The position numbers and the translations under genes were made by a program. DNA of 64,000 nucleotides, taken from contig CM097885.1 in assembly GCA_044892525.1 (NCBI GenBank), positions 241,862,001 to 241,926,000 on the forward strand. The letters are read 5' to 3'. The DNA comes from Schmidtea polychroa. Its lineage: Eukaryota. Positions 13,101 through 25,100 of the stretch are shown here, one piece after another. The stretch's first letter is position 1, and each line of letters begins with the position of its first letter. The notes under the pieces were generated by a model. That model saw nothing but the letters and a program-made list of their open reading frames with translations. It had not been told where the DNA came from and made no database searches.

Positions 13101-16100
13101 TTTTATTTTTTGAAATTTGTAAATATCAATTTGGTTCAATAACAATAGATCGATATAAAATCCGTTTTTTAGAAGATTATGCCATGCCATTGTGTATGTG
13201 TGTACGCGTGCAAGTGCTAGTGCATCTTGATCTGATTGGCTAATACCGTTGATACTTGCTCGAATATTCTAATCTACAATTGTAATTAAAAATTTGTTAT
13301 GAATCTTATCTTGTACTTAAACCTACTTAATTTTTAAAACAATTTCACGTATTTATGATATTTGTCTAGATGGCTATTTAGATTTTTGTTAAATATCTTT
13401 AAATTTTTAAAGTTTGTATTTTTGTAAGCAATTATTCTACTAAAAGAATTTGTAAGCACTTGTAAGATTATTTGACATTGAAATTGGAAATTCTCAGTAA
13501 CGACTTTAGGTATAGGCGACATAGACGGCTGCTTAGAGCGGCATTATTTTAAATGGCGGCAAAATTATGAAAAATTAAAATTTAAAAATATTCTTTATAT
13601 TATGAAAATTATTTGTTCTTCGTGCTACTAATATTACTTTTTATATAGCACTTTTTATGTAGCACCAAATTGTCTAATGCCGGCACTACGATTACCCCCG
13701 TGGTAACTGATTACTCGTCTAGAGCGGCATTATTTCAAAATTGTCTAAAGCTGGCACTGGAAATTCTTATATAGTACTTTATGAAATTTTAGGGATGTAA
13801 CTTTCACAAATAGATGATATGAAAATTAGCGATATGTAAATCAAATGCAATTTTCATAATGGTATATGGCTATTGTATTAATTCATTTGTGATTAAATTA
13901 TTCTTTATATGTATTTCTAATTAGGTTTTAATTTTAACATAAAATTATAAGACCTGTGAAACTCCTGTAAAATAATAAACTGGGCTAAATAGTAGCTTAA
14001 CGTTCACTCACTTTCGGTAGTAAATTTGAGACGTTATATAAGTTATACGATGATTTATAACTGTTTCCGTTAGGAAACACTGGCTACAATTGTGGTAAGG
14101 TTTTATCAATGTCAAGAATAAGACAAATCTTATTGATTTACAATATCTGCCTTTTTCTCATTTAATAAAACAACATTACGAATTTCTCAAAAATGGAACT
14201 TAAATCATGAATTTTAATATTTAATTGATTGTCATCATCACAATCTGTAAACTTGATATTCTATTAGTGGATATTTTAATTCCGGAGTACTTATTTTGTC
14301 ATTACTAGGCTCATGTGTACTTTTTATGTTTGTTATTGTACATGTTTTTTCAAGTAAAATCATATATTTTTGTCCTTCAAGGTAAAAGTAGCTCAACCAT
14401 CAAATCCAAATAATGTTAGAGTAATTGGAGAAGGTTTGCATTCTGCAACTCGATACACTCCGGCATATTTTAGCATTGATACGACAAATGCTGGTCATGG
14501 AAATCTTGTAGTAGAAATCAACGACGAAATTGGAAATATTTTACCTTTAACAATGTCTAATGACACTGATCACGATATTTTCGACGTCCATTATCAACCG
14601 AATACATCTGGACCAACATATAATTGCTCAGTTCGCTACGATGGAGTCAATATTCCTGGCAGTCCATTTAACATACAAATCAAGCCTGAAATTGATATAT
14701 CGAAAGTTTTTGTGGAAAATTTGCAAACAAGTATATCTCAAAGATAACAAATTATATAGTGAAATATTCCCCATTATAGCCATATTCCAAGAATCATTCA
14801 TCCGATTTGTTGTTAATGCTAAAACAATAGACACCAAAGGTAAAGGAACTGTGAAGGCAATATTCACAGATCCTAGCAGTTTTAAATCGGGCAGTATGGT
14901 TAAAAATAATGGTGATGGTAGCTATTCCTGTAGCTATTCTCCTTATGATGCCGGTATATACATTTACAACAGATTGGAATATATATTTCAATTCCTTTAC
15001 TAGGGACATATATCCTCGATGTTACATATGAAGATTTGCCTATCAAAAATAGTCCATTTAAAATCGAAGTCATTCCTGGCTGTGATCCTAGTAAAGTTCT
15101 CGTATTTGGGGAAGGTCTCAAAGGTGGTTTTACAAATCAACCAAATCTTTTCACGATTGATCTTGATGGAGCTGGCCAGGGAAATTTAGGTCTCGCAATT
15201 GAAGGGCCTTCTGATGCAAAAATTAATTGCACTGACAATCTGGATGGTACCTGTACTGTTGAATATTCATCAACAATTCCCGGCACCTATGATATCTATA
15301 TAAAATTCAATGATGTCGATGTTGATGGTAATTGTTATTTTTCTCATTTTTCATAATCATGTTTAATACGATTCATTAATTTGATTAAAAATGACTTTAA
15401 TTAAATTTAATTGGTCAATTTATTTATTATACTTATGATTATACTCAATAGCTAATTATGTACTTTTATTGTTTAATAATAATTTGTTACCGAAATATGA
15501 ATATTTAATTCACTAATTTTCAAGTTATTTGATGATTATTTTTTATTTTATTTATTTATGAAAATTATTTTTAAAATAATTTTAAAATATATTAAAATTT
15601 AATGTTTCAAATATATATTAAATATATTGAAAGTTTAAAAGCTTAATAAATTTCAACATTAAAATTCATAAAAATTAATTAATTAATTATTATTCTCATG
15701 AAATTATTGAAAATTATCAGGTTTTCCAATGCATGTTTTTCACCGTGAATCCACTTACGAAGAATTATTATCTTTAAATGCCCCAATGGATGATGAAAGA
15801 ACTGAAGCTGATAGTATTCTTTTGTCTTTTAACAATAGTTCTGGACATGATGAAAATGTGACATTTCCCAAAGCCCTTGATATCGACTCTTATTTTGATT
15901 TATCACCAAATATTCATTCCAAAATCGTATCATTAAATAATGATGAATTATGTGATTCTTACAAACTGACTAAAGTTTCAAATGATAACTTATCAGTGGT
16001 ATCTTCACCGTCTGACCAACATTCTTTATCCAACAATAGTAATAATTCTTTAAGCCATAATAAGACGACTAAAACGAAATTTAGTTCAAAATCACTTTTA

Positions 16101-19100
16101 CAGAATTTGATGAAAACCGTAAACAGTTGTCGAGCTTCAGGACATAAATGTTCATCATCTTCGGCCAACTTCGATCTTGGCACCATTAAAACTTCGACTA
16201 ATAAAACAAATTCAACTGAATCATTAGATAAATTTTCCAGTACACAAGAAAATATTTCCGACGAAGGAAAATTTGAAGATATTAACAACAGTTTATCCAT
16301 ACCATCAGATTTCTCTGATCTATTTCTTGATGCATCATCGGGTAGTTTATTGGGAGCTGGAGAATATTTACAGAAAAAGTATTCCATCAAATGCAGTTCA
16401 AATAGAGACAATGAAAAAAGAAAATGTGATGAAGGCATTTCTAAAAATATTAGGGATTTATTATTGACAGAAATCAACTTGGAACATAATGAGGTCAAAG
16501 GATCATCGAAAAATTTGTCGGAATCACAAGGATGTTTAAGATTACCGCCTTTATTTGAAGATAGCAGTGAAGATGGATATTCGGAAAATACTTTGGTCAA
16601 CAGCTATTTGACATCCCGAGCTACTAGTAGGTCATCATTAAGGGAAGAAATTGTAAGAATGGCAAGCGGAGATGAAGACCTAGATCAATATTTAAAAGGT
16701 TCATCAAGTTATACAGTGAGACACAGTGCTCCGAATACTCCAAACGGAGATTTTCATCTGAAGCGATTTCCTTACCGACGATCGTTTTCGTCAGAGAATT
16801 TAATTCGTAAAACAAAACTTACAGATGTTTTTACATTTTCAATTCCAATTCATCCGAAATCTGCTAATATTAGCCCAGAAAGAAAAGACACAGGCAAGCC
16901 TCCCTTGCCAAGTCCAATGCGTCATTTAATAAAATCAACTTCGGATAAGTCTAAAATTTTCAATTCCAATTTCGAAAGCGTTCTTCCGGATCCACCTTCA
17001 GAAAAATCATTGGATGTTCGTGAATTTTTAGTCGATGGTTTTATGAGCAATTTGTCGCTTGATGAATCGTTTAAATTACCAAGTTTCCCGTCAGATGAAA
17101 GTTTGAATGGAAACAATCGGAATAAATCCAACGAATCATTAGAATATAATTGGCAATTTCAAAATCAAAACATCGACTCAGATATAACGGAATGCAATAC
17201 GATTGGGTTAAATAGAACCAAAAATTCCGATTCTCTCATTCGGTTGAAATTTATCGAATCAGAAGTCTACTCTAAAATCGAAATTCCCACGCTTTCAGAT
17301 GTAGACGAAATAGATTATCATTACCTTAAACGGATTCGACCAAATAGTGCTTATATTTTTACTAAAATTCCTTCGATAAATTCTCCTCGAATTGAAATGT
17401 TAAGCAATGAAATTGTTGATTCATTAATTAATGAACATATTGAGGATCAGGAAATTCCGAAAAATTATTTGAATCAAAGTTCCCAATTGTCTTTCCAAAC
17501 AAATCTCGACGATGATTATGAGGAAGAAATTGATATCAAATCATTGAGCAATTACTCGAGTTCCATTAGCACTGGAACGAGTAGTGATATGAATTTGAGA
17601 AAATTCACAGAATTGAACTTTTCAAATATGCAGATAAATGCTAACGAAAGATTCTTCTGTAAACTCTTTCATAATTGCAACATATTGGCGACAGCTGATG
17701 TTCCGATTGTCGAAGATTCGATTCCACAAATCAACCTTTCGAACAATTTTATAGATTCACAATCGAATTTGGATAAGAATTTATTGAACTCTCCGAATTT
17801 CTTTAGAAATGAGCAACTTGAAATTTTACCAGAAATAATACATTCATATGGACAAATATCTGAACATAAAGTTCATGTTTCTGACAACAGAAATTCGGTT
17901 TTCATTCGAAAGAAGTTACCATTTTATGTGAGCTTTACACAACGTGTCAGTGATTGCAATCAAACTATTCAAACTGAAAAGTTCCAGTCGAATTTTATTG
18001 ATCAAACGAAATTCTTTGGAAAGCCATGTTTGTCGTCAAACGATTCAACTTTTCTTTTGAAAAGTCCTTTGAAATCAAATTCTTTAAGTAGATTTTCAAT
18101 GATTAATAAAGTCTTTAACAATGATAAAAAGCTTGAATTACAACATCCTGAAGATGTACATTTTTCATGGTCGAAAACTGATTCGTTGAATTATATTCAG
18201 GATATCACTGATGAATTTCCTATTCCACCACCGCCTCCTTTACCACCTCCTTTATTGGAATCTTTGAGTAGCTTAAAAGATCAGATAAAGAATTTGCAAA
18301 ACAATTCTGATAGGACTGATAGAAATCGAAGCGTTATTAGTGTTTCAAAACAATCATTAACACCAATAAATTTTCAATACAATATCAACGACAAACCCAA
18401 ACGTGTTTCACTTCAAGAATTATTGAATCAAACCTCTTTTATTGACAGACTAATGAATCGTAATTCAGAATCTTTACGACAAGAACTTGGCATGGAATCG
18501 TTTTCATCAATTAATGATAAAGATCAAAAAAATAGATTTAAAAATCCCCATCAAATTAAATCAGTAAGATCAGCTGGAAGTGATTCTCAGTTTAATGATA
18601 GAAAACCAACTAAAATTCATTCAAACAAATGTATTTCTGTGAGAGCTTCGTCGGTTTGTGAAGATACTTTAATGTCAAATGTCATTTCATTTTCATTATC
18701 TAATAATGGAAATCCAGAGGGGAAACTCAATCAACAATCAGGAGTTTCATTATTTAACAAATGCTTGAAAACATCCTCCAGCTCTTACAGCGCACTTTCG
18801 AAATTCAACGAATCAGAATCGTCATTGAAATCCGGATTAGTGTCAATTACCGATGTTACCTCATTGGCTGGTGATTGGAATTTCAATAGTGAAAAACGGT
18901 CCGAAACGATTCCAAACAAAGAGAATAGTGATAGAATCACTTGGTCGCCATCAAGTTGTAACAATGAAATTCTTTCATTTCCAAAGCGCAGTCAAGATTC
19001 TTTGTCCTTATCTTGTAGCAGGAAAGGTAATAAATTTATTTTACCATTCAACAGACATTGGAGTACAAATGATAAATTTGCTAGTAATAATATCCGGCAT

Positions 19101-22100
19101 TTTCGTGGTTATTCTGCAATGTCTAGGACTAATTGCAATTATTTGCCCAACAGTAGTAAATTATTATCATCAATTGATGCTGCGTCTAAAACCAATGCAC
19201 AATCACTATGTGATTTAAACAAATTAACAATAAATGATCTGCCAAAAAATAAAAATTACCAGAATTTATCCATCAGCCAGGAGAGCTTTGATTCTTATGA
19301 TATCCATTCAATGAAAATAAGCAGCACTTATCACAACGTTCCTTTATTTAAATATGGTATACAATATATTCTTGATTAAGATTCTAGGTTTATGTTATGT
19401 TTTGTTATGTTCATTGTTATATTATATGTTTTTAAGAGTTGCATTCATTAAATTTTGTTATAATTTTCAGGAAGTCCATTCAAATTGCCAATTCGAGATC
19501 CAATCAACACAGCCAATGTGAAATGTTTTGGTGAACCTTTAACATCTGACAGTATTAATCGAATTGATCAGCCAATTAAGTTCACAGTTGATGCGTCTAG
19601 AGCTGGAGAAGCACCTCTTAAGGTTTGAATATTCTTCATTTAATATGAGCTATTAAAATATTATAAAATATTATAAAATATTTAAAAATATAAATAATTG
19701 TATTAAGAATTCTAAATTTATAAATACTAGAACCGATTTTAAAATATAAATAATAACCAGTATATTTTGAGAAAGATTTTTAATTATATGGAAATTATAA
19801 TAATTTTAAATTTATATATATCAGTATCAAAATCAGTATCAAAAACATCGATATATTACTGATTCATAGTCTTCAAGCTTTTTAATAAATAAAATGGAAA
19901 AGAAATCAGTGGTGAAATTTGAAAAAAAAGTTCTAATGATATTTTAAATATTATTGTCAAATGATGATAAAGTAACTAATTGGTGTTTTGGGACGGTCGG
20001 AGTGATTGTATATATGAATTTCGTTTATGTATGTTTTGTGATGGGTAATGAAAACTAATTATAAATTATTATTACTTGGATAATAAACTTGTTTCATGTA
20101 ATAGGTTTATAAAGAATGTTTCCTCCTATTTTCTAGAATGCTATGCGCAAAACAATATGAAATTGAATAAAAGATTTTATTTCTATTAATTTACTTTATT
20201 ATGTTTATTTTTTAATTTTTTAATTCTTTAAATATTACTATGATAATAATTATTTATAATTGCTTAAATATACATTGCATGAAAGCTGATACCTCAAAAA
20301 ATATAGAATTTCAAGCTAAGTCATGGAAATTTATTTATTTGTTATTATTCATTTATCAAAAATCTTTTAACGCCTTGGTATTTAGGCATGTTGCAAAGAT
20401 AATCAAGGACATGAATATCCATTGGAAATAAAGTCTAGAGAAAATACAATGCCAGGAATTTATGATATAACCTTCGTTCCGACAAAATTAGGTCCCCATA
20501 CTATTGATATCAAACACGCGAACACATTAGTACCTAGTGCACCATTTTCTTTTAATATTTTGCCCAAATCTGAGCCAGAAAAAGTTAAAGTTATTGGTGA
20601 AGGTGTTGCTCCAACTGGTGGATTTTTAACACCATCTGTACCTGTTCAATTTCACATTGATGTCTCTGAAGCTGGACAAGGCGATATTCAATTATCTTTA
20701 TCAGTTAATTTTATATTATTATCGTTATCCTAATTTATATGGTACACATTATAATAGAATCCTGACGATTTATTGTTACCATTTGATATTATTGACGAAG
20801 GCAAAGGCGTATTTTGCTGTCAGTACACTCCGACTGATGCTGGAAAGCATTGTATCACTGTGGCATTTAATGATTGTCCTGTGAAAAATTGTCCATTTAT
20901 GGTTGATGTTATTCAAGTTGGAGATGCCAGTAAATGTTTCCTCGAAGGTAAAAATGAATGATTGGTATTTTTTAAATTTATATAAAAATAGTCGAAAAAG
21001 ACTCAGCAACCTAATAAAAAATTAATGAAATTCCAAGTTATTTATCAAAGTAGTTAGCGTATTTAGGGACGAAAACTTTGGTAGAATTAATATATTTTAA
21101 AATATATTCGAATTTTAAAGAGATAAAATTCAGTTTAAAATGTAATTCAATATTAAATTCGAAATTGTTCCACCAAAATGCGTTCCAAAGGTGGTAGTGA
21201 GGGTATTTTATGTGGTTGATATACCCTCCTTAAGAACAAGTCCCGATGGTGCTAATGAACGAAACGAGATGATGAACTTTAGATGGAAATTTATGTTAAC
21301 ATAACAGTTGATAAAACCGTGGAACTCCTTCAATGGTTTCACGCTAGTCAATTATAGAATGCATTTTTATACTGGCCTTACTTAATTGCACTTTCCCAAA
21401 ATTTTATGATAATGATGTGCAGCTTGTGAATGATCCTTGTCTGCCAAAGAGTCCCGAGAAACTCATATCCAAAATAATTCATAAAGGATGTTGGAGTCGG
21501 TATATATTCATCTAAGTAACTCCGTGTCGATAAGACCAATGTACGATCGAGTATAGAGTACATACCTGACTCCATTTTTATTACATTTTTTATGAAATTT
21601 TTCTACTTCTGGGCATTCTGCAAATTTTTATTTTCTCAATGATTCTGAATCTATACCATCCCTCCATAAACAAATTCAGCCTACACGTCTGATTCCACTG
21701 ATATACCATTTCTATCAATGCATTTTTTCAATTTCTTTTTTTAAATTTTTTTTTACCTGATTTATCACAATGATGAATGTCTCCATTTTTAAATTATATT
21801 TTTTTAAATTCTTTTTATTAATTGATAAAAATTTCCAAATATTTTACCACTCGCATCTTACTGAGTTCACTGATTCATTTCCAGTTGGTATTGTAAAATT
21901 GGGGCTATCAAAAGCGCAAAAATTAAGACATAATATCTCGTTAAATTACTATTTGTTTTTAATTCCATATTTCTTTCGAGCTTAATTTTTTTTCGGAAAA
22001 TTTAAATTGAAAATACAGAAAGCATATTACTGATTCATTTTGTCGGTACTAGGACAAAATATCACCGAACAAAATGTCGTGAACAAAAATATCGTGGACA

Positions 22101-25100
22101 AAATATAACATAATATTATTATTATTATTATTATATATATATATATACTCAGAGTTTATCCGACAAGATATTTTGTCCCCTTATGGGTACTGGTAACACT
22201 CAACATGTCGCAATGGTATATTATTATTCTCCACCTTGTCCTTCAATCTGCTTCGCTTCCTTCCCCTTCATAAGATATCCATAAGGTATCGCCAATACAT
22301 CCTAAGATATTCAGATAAATATGTATGAATCTATAAATAAATTTATCAGCTCATTTTATCCACATTTTATCCACCATGACATTTTGTCCTACCACCATTT
22401 TGTTTATATTATCGTCACGTATTCAAAACAAAGTTATTGAAAGTAGTAAAAACAGGACATTTGGGATCCGTTGCATAAAATTTTTAGACCTAATGCATTT
22501 CTTTAACATTGTCCTTGTCTATTTGATTTTTAATTTTAACTTATCGTTTACCTTGATTTATTTGACCTCGAATATGTTAGATGGAGTCAAAGAATATATA
22601 TTGCTCAACATTGAAACAATAATCACTATAAATACTGCTGAGGCCGGAGAAGGAAAGATTTCTTGTAGAATTGTTCCTTTAACTGAGAACGGTGAAATCA
22701 AATCTAATTTGTCCCTGCCAGTTGAAATAGAAAATAACGGCAATGGCACTCAAAGCATTTATTACACTCCAAATGAATTATCTGAATATTTAGTTGACAT
22801 TAAATTCGGTGGTGTCAGTATTCCAAATGGACAATTTAAGGAAAAAGTAATAATTTATAAATAAATAAACATGTGTTTATTTTCAACTATTTCCCATTGG
22901 TTTGTTATTATTCTGTTTTCTCTAATTTTAGACTATCGATCCCAATAACATTCCAGAAGAAGTGGTAAATTTTTTGTCGATTTCTTACAATTGTTTGTAA
23001 TATTGACTTATTAATAAGATTGAAATCGAAAAAACAAAATCCCAATTTACGTCATTCCGAAACGATACTACCGATTACACAAATGGCATGTATCCAGTAG
23101 AATTCCGATTGCCAATATCTCTTGGTGCTCAAAATATTGAAGGTAATTTTCTCAATTTTCTCACATTTATACACAATGTAACATTTATTTATGTAACATT
23201 TATTTATTACCTAATTATTCCGCATGGAAAACTAAAATATTACAATATTATGAAATTTCTATTTCATTGTTATTTGTAAATCGACTTTGTTCTATCGAAT
23301 GATTTATAATTTGTCCAAATTAATCATTGAAGTAGTAATTCTTTTAAGCTGATTTTCATTTAATATAACTGATTGATTTAAATTTTTGCCTAATAGTCGT
23401 GGTAACGATATCTAATTCCAGTGAAATCAAATGGTCTCTAGTGGGTGATGTTAAAAACCATAAATTATCATTATTANNNNNNNNNNNNNNNNNNNNNNNN
23501 NNNNNNNNNNNNNNNNNNNNNNNNNNNNNNNNNNNNNNNNNNNNNNNNNNNNNNNNNNNNNNNNNNNNNNNNNNNNNNNNNNNNNNNNNNNNNNNNNNNN
23601 NNNNNNNNNNNNNNNNNNNNNNNNNNNNNNNNNNNNNNNNNNNNNNNNNNNNNNNNNNNNNNNNAAAACGGACATTTATATTGATCATTTGATATTGGGA
23701 CAAAATCCCTTATTTGTAGTTAGATTAATAATTTAAACATTGCCATTGTCAGGTATTATTATTGAAAATATTGTTAATCGCAATAAAATTGCAGTCAATT
23801 TGTTCTTCACTCGCATTTAAATTTTAGTATTAAGACAAATTCCAAATTTCCAGGGACTTTTAATTTCAGAGCTGTGATTTAACAGGATGTAATATTTTCA
23901 CACCATTTTAAAATTAAAAATATTTAATTTTATAATTTCACAAACATCCATCGATGCATATTTCAAAAGAATGTTTGACTTTGTAACTATATGTGATAGC
24001 TCGAACAATTAGGAATGATAGAGAATACAGTGTTCCATCAATTTTCTCTGCAAGTTCGAAGATTTTTAAATGAAAAATTTTCTAACATATGGATTGGAAG
24101 AGATTGATCATTTTTCTGACATCCACGTTTACCAAATTGGGCTCCTTGGATTTATTTTTATTGGGAGATGTGCAAATCAATGTTTATTCAACTAAATCTC
24201 GATCTTTATAAGACTTATAAAATTGAATAACTAATATGATTGATGGCATTTCTGAAAATTAGGTCGAAAATATTTTCAGAGAACTACAGAATCGTACTCC
24301 CCTTTATATTACTAATGATTGTAGATATGATGAAAATTAACAATAATTAGCAGTGAATAAAAATCGCCATTCGTACATCTTTTTTACTATATATTTCGAT
24401 AGCATCACTATCATCATCAGGTTACCTACATTCACGACGGATGAATATATATATATATATATATATACTATATTGATAATATATAAACAAGTTATAAAAT
24501 ATATAAATTTTAAATTATAAATAAAAATTTTTAATAATCATTCTTTTTAAAAACAATTTTAAATAATCAATTATATTTCAACTTAAAATCATTAAAAATA
24601 TTATTTTAATTATTTTTTTTAATTATTTAACATAACTTTTATTAATATACATCAACATACAAAAACTCAATTAAAAACATTCAACACACACGTATTCACT
24701 GCATTCTGCACATTGATTTTAGGATTAAAAGTTCTTATCAATAATGCTTCACATATCACACGCTCAAAACAATTATCAAAATTTTTTGATAAGATTTTAA
24801 AATCAGACATTCCTAATTCTCTCATACAGACTTTATTGTGATCCTTAATATTGGACACTCCCTTCGGTCGACCGTGTCTTGAACTCGAGTACAGAGATGA
24901 CGGGAAGTCTCTCCAATGTATGTGGCATTACACCCATTACACGTGAATTGATAAACGAAATCCAAACACAATCCAACCGGCGTTTGAGATTTACTAACAA
25001 ACATACTACGTACTTTGAACGATTTTGAAACAATTCTATAATTCAATGTACCCAACTGTTTACCAATCTTTCTTTTGAAATCTTTATATCCTTCAGAATA

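Noticed and set aside
15959-16600. 213-aa antisense ORF
   Set aside because: Shadow of the Ser-rich giant exon, with no independent signals.
15729-19379. Independent single-exon 1216-aa gene nested in a filamin intron
   Set aside because: In-phase acceptor 8 nt upstream of the ATG and a matching phase-1 donor 23 nt before the ORF end fit a filamin exon better. Not formally excluded without transcripts.
21150-21760. Mutator-like transposase remnant (minus strand)
   Set aside because: Only vague resemblance ([11 protein letters not shown]) and many stops. Too weak to call.
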